Positions 22,340 to 33,566 of a stretch of DNA of 64,000 nucleotides are shown here, in pieces (positions within the stretch are counted from its first letter, which is position 1; every line of letters begins with the position of its first letter). Under the pieces are notes generated by a model. The model had not been told where the DNA came from and made no database searches. It saw only the letters and a program-made list of their open reading frames with translations. This stretch comes from Ochotona princeps (lineage: Eukaryota). The DNA lies in the NCBI RefSeq assembly GCF_030435755.1, contig NC_080855.1, forward strand, positions 24,594,445 through 24,658,444. Direction: 5' to 3'. Position numbers and translations under genes: made by a program.

Positions 22340-22535
22340 TGCAGCATGCAAGCCTGAGGTTTGCTATGGAACAGGCTCCGGGTAGAGCGTGGATGGAGTT
22401 TCAGGCTCTTGGCTGCCACATGGCTGGGCCTGAGCTGTTGTGGTCTTTTTGGGGGAGAAAACCAGCAGGTGGATGATCACTCTCTGTCTCTCCCTGTCGC
22501 TCTGTCATTCAAACAAAATATAAATTTAAAACAAA
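22340..22535 (+). mobile_element. C-repeat SINE 3' portion, sense, degenerate
   Basis: ggagtttcaggctcttggctgccacatggctgggcctgagctgttgtggtc...cagcaggtggatgatcactctctgtctctccctgtcgctctgtcattcaaacaaaatataaa. Confidence 0.55.
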
Positions 22536-23199
22536 AAGAAAACTTTGGTTAAAGACGGTATAAAAGGCAGTAATGAACAATTTAGCTGTAAGAGAACAAA
22601 GAGGCACACAACCCATCTAGTTGCATTGTCTTCAAGCGGAGAGGGTGAGGACGATGTTTGAGTTTGGGAAACACGAACCCAAGGTTCAACAATTTGGAGA
22701 GTTCTTGTATGTGTCACCTGGCGGATCAAGAGCATTTTTTCCCCTGATATTTTTGCAGGGTTTGGATCACATGGAATTGACTCCTCAGGTGAGTGTTGTG
22801 GAAATGCAGTTTGTCCTTGTTGGTGAAAAATCCAGGGGCTTCATGTGAATGCCCTGCAGGAATGAGTCCCCTGAGGTTAGAACTGGAAGGTTTGGAACTG
22901 GAAGGAATTCCTACTGCACAGGGCAGTCTGTTATTTTCTCCCTCCCAGGGACTGGAGGGGATTATTTCTTGTGCTGGTGGCAAAATGCTGGGTTTCTGAG
23001 AGCTTTCATAATGATGCATTTTCCTGTTTCTTTAGTTCTCGGTATTTTTCCTGAGACCTGTAGAAAATATGGACAGTGTGTTTCTCAAAGACGGGGTGGG
23101 TGTTGGGTAGTGCGGTCGAGAGCCACCCAGGACAACCGCACCCATGTCAGGGTGCCTGGGTTGGAGGCCTACCCCCACTTCCAGTCTCTTGTGAGTGCA

Positions 23200-23385
23200 T
23201 ATTCTGGGAGGTAGCAGTTGCATGCCTGTCATCCAGGTGAGGGCCCTGGCTGGAAACCCCAGCCCCTGGCTTGGCAGCTCTGGAGAAGCTCCTGTCCTGA
23301 GTGTCATCTGGGGGGTGAACCAGTGGATGGGAGAGCTCTCTCTGCTTTTCAAAAAACAAACAAACAAAAATTTTAATGAATAAAC
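23200..23385 (+). mobile_element. C-repeat SINE 3' half, sense
   Basis: gccctggctggaaaccccagcccctggcttggcagctctggagaagctcctgtcctgagtgtcatctggggggtgaaccagtggatgggagagctctctctgcttttcaaaaaacaaacaaac. Confidence 0.65.
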
Positions 23386-23868
23386 AGAGGCTTTTAAAAA
23401 TAAACAAGCCATCAGGAAAATCTATATCTGTCACTGGAAAGACAGATTGTAGCCCCAATCCATGTTATAAAGTTTAAAAGTTAAGCAGTTTTTTTTTTTT
23501 TAATCTCCACCATGACAGCCATAATTCTCAAGAGAAAGCTTCTCTCCATAGACTACTCACAGCTCTGCTGAAAATGTCCAAAGGCTATGGTTCCTGGCTT
23601 TTGTCCTACATCTATAGCTGTGCCAGGATGATATCATTGGCAAGTAGGACACATACTGGAAGCATTCTCAAAAATACCCTTAAAATCACCTCTACCCACA
23701 TCGGTTCAATACTCTTCCTATTTGTTCCCTGCTGTAGTGGGCGATACCCAGAAGGGTCTGTGTCAGACCACATGTGACTATGTCTCTTCCTACAATAATA
23801 GCAAAGCATTAAAATTTTTTTTTAAGATTTATTTAAGTTTATTTAAAAATATATATATATATATTTAT

Positions 23869-24200
23869 GGGGCCCGGCGGCGTGGCCTAGCGGCTAAAGT
23901 CCTCACCTTGAAAGCACCAGGATCCCATATGGGCGCCGGTTCTAATCCCGGCAGTTCCACTTCCCATCCAGCTCCCTGCTTGTGGCCTGGGAAAGCAGTT
24001 GAGGAGGGCCCAAAGCCTTGGGTTCCTGCACCCGTGTGGGAGACCTGGAGGAGGTTCCAGGTTCCTGGCTTCGGATCAGCGCAGTACCGGCCATTGCACT
24101 CACTTGGGGAGTGAATCATCGGATGGAAGATCTTCCTCTCTGTCTCTCCTCCTTTATGTATACCCACCTTTCCAATAAAAATAAATAAATCTTTAAATAT
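23869..24200 (+). mobile_element. C-repeat SINE, sense, full length, near-consensus and young-looking
   Basis: ggggcccggcggcgtggcctagcggctaaagtcctcaccttgaaagcaccaggatcccatatgggcgccggttctaatcccggcagttccacttcccatccagctccctgcttgtggcctgggaaagcag...cacctttccaataaaaataaataaatcttt, flanked by (AT)n-rich sequence on both sides. Confidence 0.9.
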
Positions 24201-24699
24201 ATATATACATTTATTTATTTATTTTATTGGCAAGTCAGATTTACAGAGAAATGGAGAGAAAGAGAGAGAGAACTTTTGAAGGGAACAAGAACACAAGTTT
24301 ACACCTTACATCCGCCCTTCCCTTGCTTCCCAGGGATGGTATAGAGAATCTCCAACTAGGATTCTCCATTTCCAAGGACGAGTCCAACCTGCCCTACCTT
24401 GGTGCCTGCATTTCCTTGCCTCCAGGGAACAAGGCTTACAAAGGTTGAAATGTTTATGAAAACTGGTATGGCTCCCACCTTCTCCTCCATTTTCTTGGGA
24501 TTTTCTTTACCCCAAGACTGGGAATTATAAAAAAGCCAGTCTGCTGAACGACCGGGCCTCCGACATGTGGTCACTGCATCTACACATGACAGGCGGCCAC
24601 CCTCTGTGGATTTCTTTTCCTCTTTGATAATAAATGCGATTTGGCTGGGAATTCTCTGTTCTGCATCTGCTTTTCAACCTCTTCCATACTCATGTTCAG

Positions 24700-24915
24700 T
24701 TCACTCCTTAAGAGGCTGCCACAGCCTCAGCTGAGCCAATCTGAAGCCAGGAGTCAGGAGCCTTCTCTGGGTATCCCATGTGGGTGCAGGGTCCCAAGGA
24801 CTTTGGCCATCCTTCACTGATGTGGGGAACTGATTGAGAAGTGGAACAGCCGGTACTTGAACTAGTGCCCATATGGGATCTAGTGCCACAGGTGGAAGCT
24901 GAATACGCCACAGCC
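24700..24915 (-). mobile_element. C-repeat SINE, antisense, lacking the tail
   Basis: ctgccacagcctcagctgagccaatctgaagccaggagtcaggagccttctctgggtatcccatgtgggtgcagggtcccaaggactttggccatccttcactg...gaagctgaatacgccacagcc. Confidence 0.7.
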
Positions 24916-25177
24916 TCAAAAGCGTTTTTATTTGCTGCCCATCTTATAGGGTTTCCTACAGATGTCAGGGAATCTCTGTTTTTAGAACATTTTGTAGTCA
25001 TGGATTAACCTAAACCCCAAAATCTGTATCTACCATCAGGATGAATGTCACTTTGTATGACTGAATGGGGGTAATCAATTTGTTATCCAAGATGACTTAA
25101 TGTCTAAGAGAAGCTTATTAGATTAAATCCAATTTTTTGATAACACGGTTTGCTTCCTTTTGTTAAATGAATCTAAA

Positions 25178-25179
25178 AG

Positions 25180-25223
<44 letters not shown>

Positions 25224-25224
25224 A
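25178..25224. repeat. (GA)n microsatellite
   Basis: agaagagagagagagagagagagagaaagagagagagagagagag. Confidence 0.85.
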
Positions 25225-25460
25225 ACAAAGATCTTTCATCTGCTGATTCACTATTAAAATGGCCTCAAAGGCTAAGCCAGTCCAAAGCCAGGCAACTGAA
25301 ACTGCATTGGGGTCTGCCATGTGGGAACAGGAGCCCAACTACCCAGGCTGTCCTCCTCTGCTTTTCAGGGCACATTAGCAGGGAGCTGGATACAAGTGGA
25401 GCAGCCAGGATTTGAATCCACGCTCCAATACAAGATGCTGGCATTGCATCCCTTGAACCC
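25225..25460 (-). mobile_element. C-repeat SINE, antisense
   Basis: tctgctgattcactattaaaatggcctcaaaggctaagccagtccaaagccaggcaac...gcttttcagggcacattagcagggagctggatacaagtggagcagccaggatttgaatcc. Confidence 0.75.
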
Positions 25461-25625
25461 ACATGGAAGATCCAGAGGAAGCTCTTGGTTCCTGGTCCCT
25501 AGCTTTGGACTGGCCCAGCTCTGGTCATTGCAGTCATTTGAAAAGTTAACCAGTTGATGAACGGTCTCTTTCTGTCTCTCCTCCCTATGGAACTCTGCAT
25601 TTTGAATTAAAAATATGAATTTTTT
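25460..25625 (+). mobile_element. C-repeat SINE 3' half, sense
   Basis: cacatggaagatccagaggaagctcttggttcctggtccctagctttggactggcccagctctggtcattgcagtcatttgaaaagttaaccagttgatgaacgg. Confidence 0.65.
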
Positions 25626-25739
25626 AAAAAAGAAATGTAGCAGCCAGAACTCAAACCAGCCTTTGTAAATGAGATGCCAGTGTTGAAGCACTTTACCCAC
25701 TGTGCTGCAAGGCCAACCTGATTGTAGCCATTTTATTTA

Positions 25740-26030
25740 TTTATTTATCTGGGAGGTAGAATTAGGAAGAGAGAGAGAGAGATCTTTTTTTTGCTGGTTC
25801 ATATCCTAAATGGCCACAACAGCTGGAGGTGGGGAGTTCGAAGCCAAGAGCCAGGAGCTTTTTCTGGGTCTCCCATGGGGATGAAGGGGCCTGAAGATTG
25901 GGTCTTCCTCCGCTGCTTCCCCACGTCATTAACAGGGAACTGAATTGAAAATGGAGCAGCTGGGACATGAACCAGTGCTCCAACAGGTGGCATCACAAGC
26001 TTAGCCTACTATGCCAACCAGCACCAGCTC
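25740..26030 (-). mobile_element. C-repeat SINE, antisense
   Basis: gggaggtagaattaggaagagagagagagagatc(T)n gctggttcatatcctaaatggccacaacagctgg...gctgcttccccacgtcattaacagggaactgaattgaaaatggagcagctgggacatgaacc. Confidence 0.8.
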
Positions 26031-26489
26031 CACCTCCTTTTGAATCTGAACACTGTTCCTAGGTGTGTTCAAGTTGCTTCTGTCTTTCAGCTCCTACAAA
26101 CAACGCACTGTGAGTATGGGTACACACAAAGCTCTTCAGGCCCCCATTTCCAATTGCTTTAGATACACATTAAAAGTAGAACTGCCAGGTTATACGGCAA
26201 TTCTCCTTTTCTTTCTTTTAGGAAGTGCCACACTGCTTCCAACAGCAGCTGCACTGTTTTCTATTCCCCTCAGCAGGGCACAGAGCTTTCAGCCTCACTG
26301 CATCCTTTTATTACTTGTTATTTGCCTAAGTCTTTGTTTTGTTTAACACCTTCCTTCTGGGTAGAAGATGGTATCTCCCTAATGCTCAGTGACACTGATC
26401 ATCTTTCATCGTTCATGTGACTGCTGGCCATTTGTATTCTTCCTTTGAAGAAATGTCTGTCCAAGCTCTTTTCTCATTTTCAAAAATTT

Positions 26490-26880
26490 TAGGGGTTTGA
26501 GTTTTGTCACAGCAAGCTAAGCCAACAACTGCTATGCCGGCGTCACATACAAGCGTAGGTTCCGATCCTGGATGTTTCTTTTCTGATTCAGGGAAAGCAG
26601 CAGAAGACTTCCTCATCCTGTATTGGACAATCAACTTTGCCTCTTCACCACACATTCCTGCCAGTGTAGACCCTGGGAGACACCAGTGATGGATCGAGGA
26701 TTTGATTCCCACCACCCACAAGAGGCCTACATTGAGGATGGGGCTCCCGGTTCCTGGCCTGGTCCAGCCCCTGCTATTACAGGCATTTGGGGAGTGAAGC
26801 GTAGAATAGATTTCTCCCTCCCTTTTCTCCCTCTTTCAGTCCCCTCTCTATCTCTCTTTCACACAGAAAAAAAAAAAAAG
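26490..26880 (+). mobile_element. C-repeat-related SINE, sense, diverged with extra internal segment and poly(A)/(GA)n tail
   Basis: gggaaagcagcagaagacttcc...cattgaggatggggctcccggttcctggcctggtccagcccctgctattacaggcatttggggagtgaagcgtagaatagatttctccc ... (A)13 ggaaaagaagaaagaaagag. Confidence 0.5.
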
Positions 26881-27069
26881 GAAAAGAAGAAAGAAAGAGA
26901 GAAAGAGAGAAAGGAAAAGTAACTAACCTTTTCTCCAGACACAATAGAACAGAAAACCAGTAGCCACAAGATAAAAAATTATTTGGGAAACTTTTTCTGT
27001 GATTATTAATTTAAAGCCATTTCAATCAATTTATCATGGCAAAGGATATTTATAAAAGTCATCAAAGGG

Positions 27070-27395
27070 GACCTGACACAATGGTAGTTGTTTAAATTCT
27101 CACCTTGCAAGCGCCAAGATTCCACATGGGTGTCACTTCATAACCTAGCTGCTCCACTTTTCATTCAACTCCTTGTTTGTGGCCTGGGAAAATAGCAGAG
27201 GATGGCCTTAAAATCCTGCACCCACTTGGGAGATTTGGAAGAAATTCCTGGCTCCTGGCTTTGAATCAGCTCAGCTCAGGTCATTGTGGCCATTTGGGGA
27301 GTGAACCAGCAGATGGAAGATCTTTTTCTCTGACTCTCACTCTCTCTAAATTTGATCTGCTTTTTCAATAAAAATAAATAATTTTTTTAAAAAGC
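27070..27395 (+). mobile_element. C-repeat SINE, sense
   Basis: ggggacctgacacaatggtagttgtttaaattctcaccttgcaagcgccaagattccacatgggtgtcacttcataacctagctgctccacttttcattcaactccttgtttgtggcctgggaaaatagcagagg. Confidence 0.8.
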
Positions 27396-27491
27396 CATCA
27401 AAAGCATTCACATTTTTTTTGCATTTTATTCTCATTCTAGGAAAACAAGGTGAGTTTAGTGACCAATGTTTTATATTTATTTCTTACATTT

Positions 27492-27795
27492 AAGTTGTCC
27501 TCGCCTTGCACACGCTGGGATCCCGTATGGTCACCGGATCTAATCCCGGCGGCCCTGTTTCCCATCCAGCTCCCTATTTGTGGCTTGGGAAAGCAGTTGA
27601 GGACAGCCCAAAGCCTTGAGATCCTGCACCTGCATGGGAGACCTGGAAGACGCTCCGGGCTCCTGGCTTTGGATTGGCTCAGCTCCAGCCATTGTAGTCA
27701 CTTGGGGAGTGAACCACCAGACGGAAGATCTTCCTCTCTGTCTCTCCTCCTATCTGTATATCTGCCTTTCCAAAAAAACAAAAACAAAAACAATT
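27492..27795 (+). mobile_element. C-repeat SINE, sense, CpG-rich
   Basis: gtcctcgccttgcacacgctgggatcccgtatggtcaccggatctaatcccggcggccctgtttcccatccagctccctatttgtggcttgggaaagcagttgagg...tgcctttccaaaaaaacaaaaacaaaaac. Confidence 0.85.
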
Positions 27796-27807
27796 TACCT
27801 AGCTCCA

Positions 27808-28000
27808 GACAGCCCAAGTGGCTGGGCTCCTGCCACCCATAGGGGAGATCTGGATGAAGTTCCAGGCTCCTGGCTTCATCCTCAGTCTTGGCCTTGTGGC
27901 CATTCGGGGAATGAACCAACAGCAGATGGAAGATCTCTCTTTGTCTCTCCTTCTCTTTCTCTGTAACTCTGCCCTTTCAAGAAATAAATTAATCCTTTAA
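27808..28000 (+). mobile_element. C-repeat SINE 3' half, sense
   Basis: cccaagtggctgggctcctgccacccataggggagatctggatgaagttccaggctcctggcttcatcc...ggaatgaaccaacagcagatggaagatctctc. Confidence 0.7.
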
Positions 28001-28235
28001 ACAATGAATAATTTATCTAATTCATAAAATCAATATAAAAAACTGAAAATGATTAAATCATGAGAAAATTATCCCTGATCTTATAAAAATCGAAGTATTG
28101 TTCAAGCAATTACTGTTAAATGCAAAGTAAAAAGTTAAAGAGCTGGGTGCTGGTAGTGGGTTGAGCCACCAGCAGTGACGCTGGCATCCCATGCCTGGAG
28201 CTCAGTTTCCCGTCCTGACTGCATTATCTTACTAC

Positions 28236-28572
28236 TTTTTTTTTCAAGTTTTATTATTTTTTTAAATTGGAAAGTCAGATATACAGAGGGCAGGAGAGAC
28301 AAAAAGGAAGGTCTTCCATCTGCTGATTTACTCCCCAAGTAGCTGCAAGGACAAGAGCTGAGCCTATCCGAAGCCAGGAGCCCGGAGCTTCTTCTGGGCC
28401 TCCCACGTGGGTACAGGGCCCAAGGCTTTGGGTCATCTTCTGCTGCTTTCTCAGGCCACAAGCAGGGAGCTGGATGGGAAGCAGGACTTCTGGGACACAA
28501 ACTGGTGCCCACATGGGATTCTCGTGTGTGCAAGGTGAGGACTTTAGCCACTAGGCTAGTACTCTGGGCCCA
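28236..28572 (-). mobile_element. C-repeat SINE, antisense, full length, with TSD tactac(T)n
   Basis: (T)n caagttttattatttttttaaattggaaagtcagatatacagagggcaggagagac...ctgctgatttactccccaagtagctgcaaggacaagagctgagcctatccgaagccaggagcccggagc...ttagccactaggctagtactctgggccc. The flanks ...atcttactac(T)n and ...ccatactac(T)n repeat each other. Confidence 0.85.
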
Positions 28573-28739
28573 CCATACTACTTTTTTTTTTTTTTTTTTT
28601 TAATTTTCCAGACAGAAAAGTTTATTTACAAAGGGACCAGGGAAGCAGGGAAAGAAGAGGGGAGGGAAATAGACCTCCCAAGAGAAAGCTGGGCGGTGGG
28701 GTGCCTCTCCAAAGGAGAGAGGGAGAGACACCCACCTTA

Positions 28740-28925
28740 CTACTTCTTATCCAACTCCCTGCTAATGAGCCTGGGAAAGCAGCAGAGGCTGGCTCAGGTA
28801 TTTGGATCCTGTCATCCATGTGAGAGGCCCAGATGGAGGTCCTGGATTCTGGCTTTAGCCTGGTCCAACCCATGCCATTGCAACCAGTTGGTAAGTGAAC
28901 AGACAGACAGAAAACTCTCTCTTGG
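28740..28925 (+). mobile_element. C-repeat SINE, sense, 5' truncated
   Basis: cttatccaactccctgctaatgagcctgggaaagcagcagaggctggctcaggtatttggatcctgtcatccatgtgagaggcccagatggaggtcctgg. Confidence 0.7.
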
Positions 28926-28926
28926 G

Positions 28927-29235
28927 GTCAGCACCATAGTGTAGCAGCTAGGCCTCTGTCTGCAGCACCAGCAACCATTTGGATGCCAGTTTGAGTCCCA
29001 GCTGTTTGATTTCTGATCCAGCTCCCCATTCATGGCTTGAGAAAGCGGTGGAATATGGCTCAAATTCTTAGGCTCCTTCGACCATGTGACAGAATTCTTG
29101 GGTCTGGCTTTGGATTGGCCCAGTTCTAGCTGTTGCAGCCATTTGCAGAGTGAGCCAGTGGATGGAAGATCTTTTTCTCACCTTACATCTTCTTCTCTCT
29201 CTGTAACTCTGCCTTTTAAATAGATAAACCTTTTA
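28927..29235 (+). mobile_element. C-repeat SINE, sense
   Basis: ggtcagcaccatagtgtagcagctaggcc...ccatttggatgccagtttgagtcccagctgtttgatttctgatccagctccccattcatggcttgagaaagcggtggaatatggctcaaattc. Confidence 0.8.
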
Positions 29236-29719
29236 AAAACATAAAATAGAAAATTTCTCTCTATTGCTCCCTCTGTATGCCACTCTGTCTTTCAAATACA
29301 TAAAACAAAACTGGAACAAAATGTTAGAGAACTAGATCATGCCAAAAGGGTTTCTTATGTCTTAGTTCTAAGGCCTTATCTTGCTCCTAGAATAACAAAG
29401 ACTTGACATAAAGACCCTTTTTGGTGCCCACAAAGGAATCACATTATATTCACTTTTTATTTCTCCTAGACACTTCTGACTGTTTAACTGGATGAGATTT
29501 CCCTAGAGTGTACACATAAAACAGGACAACTTTCTGATTAGATAATCTTTAAAGATTTCCAAGAAAAAAAAAGGAGCTACTTCAGATGAATATGAAATTA
29601 TCATTTGGAAAGCCTAAAATTATGTCCCTTCTGCATGGAGAGGGAAGATGGCTTAAACTATTTCTCTCTCACATACACGCACAGTGACATTTCAGTTGAT
29701 TAAAAAAAAAATACCTTAG

Positions 29720-30060
29720 GCACTTGGCAGTGCAACAGAGCGGTGTGATTGAACAGCCAGCTTGAGAGGCTGCCATCATGGTTGTGAACTAAGCATCCTA
29801 TGTCACACGCTAGCTGGCGTCCCCAGCTCCTCCATGGCCGATCCTGCTCCCTGGGTCTGGGAAGGAAGCAGTGGATGATGACTGACTTAACTTGGGCACC
29901 CGCCACCCATGTGTGAGACCAGGAAGGAATTCCTGGCTCCTGGCTTTAGCCTGGCCCAGCTGCAACCACTGCAACCATGTGGAAAGTCGATCAACAGAAG
30001 ATTTCTCTCTTCTCTCTCTCTCTCTGTCATTCTGCTTCTCAAATAAAGAAGTAAATAGTA
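29720..30060 (+). mobile_element. C-repeat SINE, sense
   Basis: ggcacttggcagtgcaacagagcggtg...catcctatgtcacacgctagctggcgtccccagctcctccatggccgatcctgctccctgggtctgggaaggaagcagtggatgatgactgac. Confidence 0.75.
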
Positions 30061-30127
30061 AAAGTAAGTAAGCAATCATGTAGGCGTTTGGCAACATAAT
30101 GAAGCGATATCATCTAAAAGTCAACTT

Positions 30128-30450
30128 AGGAGCTGGTACTTCGGCATAGGGAATTAAACTGCCATCTGCCATCCCAGCATTCCATATGGGTGCCGGTTCA
30201 AGACCTAACTGTTCTACTTCCAAGCCAAGTTCCCACTACTGGCCTGGGCAAGGCAGTAGAAGATGACCCACATGCTTGGACCCCTGCACCAAGTGGGAGA
30301 CTCAGAAGAAGGTCCTGAGTCCTGGTTTTGGTCTGATCTAGCCCTGGCTGTTGTGACCATTTGTCTCTCTTGTCTCTCCCTCTCTGCCTTTCTCTGTGTA
30401 ACTCAGACTTTCAATTAAATAAATAAATTTTTTTTAAAAAATAAAGATCT
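30128..30450 (+). mobile_element. C-repeat SINE, sense
   Basis: ggagctggtacttcggcatagggaattaaactgccatctgccatcccagcattccatatgggtgccggttcaagacctaactgttctacttccaagccaagttcccactactggcctgggcaaggcagtagaagatgacc. Confidence 0.8.
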
Positions 30451-30451
30451 A

Positions 30452-30725
30452 CAGAGAAAAAGATCTTCCATCCACACCCACTGGTTCACTCCCCAAGTGT
30501 CTGCAACAACCGCAACTGAGCCAATCCAAAGCTAGGAGCCAGGAGCTTCTTCAGGGTCTCCCATGCAGGTGCAGGGTCCCAAGGCTTTGGGCTGTCCTCA
30601 ACTGCTTTCCCAGGCCACAAGCAGGGAGCTGGATGGAAAGTGGAGGAGCCAAGATACAAACCAATGCCCATATGGGATCCTCGTCGCAAGGTGACAACTT
30701 AAGTCACTAGGTGACGATGCCAAGA
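30452..30725 (-). mobile_element. C-repeat SINE, antisense
   Basis: ctggttcactccccaagtgtctgcaacaaccgcaactgagccaatccaaagctaggagccaggagcttcttcagggtctcccatgcaggtgcagggtcccaaggctttgggctgtcctcaactgctttcccaggccacaagcagggagctggatggaaagtggagg. Confidence 0.85.
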
Positions 30726-30941
30726 CCGACAAATTAATCTTTTTTAAACAAATTAATCTTCAAAATACAGATCTTTGTCAGGCAAAATAATTTGGTTTTG
30801 TCAAACAGGGTTACCAACTTCCTCATAAGGGTTTCCCTGCAGTTTATTCTTAAGTACCTCCCAACTGAACAATCTTTTCTCAACAGAAATTCCCTGAAAT
30901 GGCCACTGTTATTCCCAACTGTACTCAGCAGAAACACATCC

Positions 30942-31258
30942 GCTGGGGGCTGCGTTGTGACACTGTAGGTTCAGACCCTGCTGAGTGCTGTCCAATGGTC
31001 TGAGTAGCTGCTGCTCCACTTCCCATTCTGCTCTCTGCTAATGCTCCTGGGGAGGACGAGGAGGAAGATGACCCAGATGCTCAGGCCTCTGCTGCCCACG
31101 AGGGAGACCCAGATGAATTTCAGGCTCCTGGCTTCAGTCTGGCCTAACCCTTGGCTGTCGCTATTTGAGGAATGAGCCTGTGGATGAAAGATCTCTTTCT
31201 TTCTCCTCCTCTCTCTGTCAAGTAAATTAATCTTTAAAATAAACAAATAAACAAAAGC
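30942..31258 (+). mobile_element. C-repeat SINE, sense
   Basis: gctgggggctgcgttgtgacactgtaggttcagaccctgctgagtgctgtccaatggtctgagtagctgctgctccacttcccattctgctctctgctaatgctcctggggagg...ctctgtcaagtaaattaatctttaaaataaacaaataaac. Confidence 0.8.
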
Positions 31259-31419
31259 TTCTGCATCAGAGAGGTGAGGGCCCAAGTTGGCCCAGCTGTG
31301 AGGAAACACAAAAGGAGCCGCTCTTCAGGCTAGTTAGCTGAGGCAAGGATGCTGCAGGATGGCACTTCTGCACTTTGCTATCTTGGCATCTCTGGCCAAG
31401 GCTGTGCCTCGCCTTTAAA

Positions 31420-31615
31420 AAAAAAAAGATTTATTTTATTTTTATTGGAAAGTAAGATAAACAGAGAGCAAGAGAAACAGAGAGAAAGATCTTCCATCCG
31501 TTGATTTACTCCCCAAGTGGCTGCAATGGCCAGATTTAGGTGATCTGAAGCCAGGAGCCAGTAGCTCTTACAGGTCTTCCATGTGGGTGCAGAGTCCCAA
31601 GGCTCTGGGCCAGGG
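31420..31615 (-). mobile_element. C-repeat SINE 3' half, antisense
   Basis: (A)n gatttattttatttttattggaaagtaagataaacagagagc...gatttactccccaagtggctgcaatggccagatttaggtgatctgaagccaggagccagtagc. Confidence 0.75.
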
Positions 31616-31804
31616 AGGCAAGAACTTAGTATACAATTTGGGCTTGCGGTTTGATTTCTGAGGGAGTTCCAGGAAGGGGACCTGGCTCTAGGTTAGAGGC
31701 TGACAGGATTATTTGTTTCAATTATCTTAATAATTGTTATCAAAGACAGGAATGACTGCTGGCTAAACTGTGCTTGGTGAAGAAGCAGCCATCAGTCCAC
31801 TATA

Positions 31805-32070
31805 GGAAAGGCAGAGTCACAGAGAGGAAGATCTTCCATCCCGTGATTCACTCCCCAAGCTAAGTCAATCTGAAGCCAGGAGCCCAGAGCTTCTAGGTCT
31901 CCCACGCGGGTGCAGGGTCCCAAAGCTTTGGGCCATCCTCGACTTCTTTCCCAGGCCAGAAGAAGGGAGCTGGATGGGAAGCAGGGCTGCCGGGATTAGA
32001 ACCAGCAACCATATGGGATCCCGAGAGTGCAAGGTGAAGACCTTAACCACTATGCTATCGCGCCAGGCCC
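31805..32070 (-). mobile_element. C-repeat SINE, antisense, tail-truncated
   Basis: cgtgattcactccccaagctaagtcaatctgaagccaggagcccagagc...gggtctcccacgcgggtgcagggtcccaaagctttgggccatcctcgac...ttaaccactatgctatcgcgccaggccc. Confidence 0.8.
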
Positions 32071-32717
32071 ATATTTGCACCTCTTTTATGCAGAAAAGAA
32101 ACCAATCAAGCCCAGAGAATGTTGGAATTTGTTAGGAAATCAAGAATGCTAAGGAGGCCAGCTTAACAGCCAAGACAGGTTTACTTGAGCAAACTTAAAG
32201 GAGTCCCCTCTCTTGCAGGCTATGGGTTTTTATAGAAGGAGTGAACAGGTGTGTGAGCTATCCATTGGGGAAGTTTTGTGGTGGGCAGTTGACATCTGTG
32301 GTTACTGGCAGCATGCAGGGAAATCGAAGCCCAAAAGCTAAAATGGTGGATTTTTCCAGATGGAATTACCCACGTCCTATTTCCCATGAGAGACAAATGA
32401 CTCGTTTGGGATCCCCCCACCAGTGAACGGGTGGCAAGGCTGAAGCCCCAGAGCTCTGGCCCCGTGTTTGGTTTTCTTCCAGCTGACCTTCCTGCATGAA
32501 GGGACACCATTCGGTTGCCCATTTCCCCAGCTGCAAACCCCGGGTGAATGCCTGCTCAGAGAACACGGGGTTCTCTATTTCTTCTTTCTGGTCAGCTGGG
32601 GGCTAAGTATTATTCTGAGAATCTGTTATCTTTGTTCAACTGTTCCCGCCACCCCGAAAATTCTCTCGGTTCCAGACGCCAAGCCCGTTGCTGCGCGAGG
32701 TCTTGGCACCTGCTCTT

Positions 32718-32783
32718 CCCTGCGCCTGCTCTCCCCGTGGCCTCCCCAGACCCTGCGCCTGCTCTCCCCGTGGCCTCCCAGAG
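32718..32783. repeat. 33-bp tandem duplication (2 copies) in the KCTD13 upstream CpG island
   Basis: cctgcgcctgctctccccgtggcctccccagac / cctgcgcctgctctccccgtggcctcccagagag. Confidence 0.8.
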
Positions 32784-33319
32784 AGGCCCCCTTCCATTCA
32801 GGTTGCTCAGTTCGCAACCTCGGCACGGTCCATCAGCGAGTGGGGCTTTGGGAGGTGGACGCTGCCCAACACCCTGGTCTCTTCGAGCCAGGTTTCCCTC
32901 CATGCCCACCAAGTTCTGACAGCGGAGGCCCCCATCAGGTCCAGGAGTTTTGCTTTCCTCGCTCGGCAGGGGGCTGGGAACCTCCTCAGGGTCGATGCAC
33001 CCTGAAACGCCGGCCTAACCGCGGTCCACACAGCAACTGTACCCGCTTCCGAGACCACTGGGCATGCGCCGCACGCGCGGCCACGCCCCAAGGTCAACAT
33101 GGGGGCGGGGACTAGGCGCGCCTGCGCAGCTGCCCGGCGCCGGCTTCCGGGTGAGGCGAGCGCTGCGGGGGGGAGGAGGGCCAGAGTGGCGGAGTAGCGG
33201 CAGCGAGTGGGCGTGTACGGCGGACGGTGTGGCGGGCTGGCCAGCGTCCCGGGATCTGTGGGAACTAGCCTGAGAGCACGGAAGGAACCTGGGGTGGCCG
33301 CCTGCCGTTGTCACCCGGC

Positions 33320-33566
33320 ATGTCGGCCGAGGCTTCGGACCCGGCGGCAGCCGCGGCCGCGTCCCTGGAAGTCCCTAAGCCCTCGGCACTGGAGCCTGGC
33401 TCGGCCGCCGCGTGCAGTCTGAAGCCGCTGACCCCGAACAGCAAGTATGTGAAGTTGAACGTGGGCGGTTCGCTGCACTACACCACGCTGCGTACCCTCA
33501 CGGGGCAGGACACGATGCTCAAGGCCATGTTCAGCGGCCGCGTGGAGGTGCTCACGGACGCCGGAG
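33320..33566 (+). CDS. KCTD13: KCTD13 exon 1 ([82 protein letters not shown] + G), start of BTB/POZ domain
   Basis: ATG at 33320 in the CpG island. The translation is essentially identical to the human KCTD13 N-terminus. Donor is GGA G|gtaagc. Confidence 0.9.
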
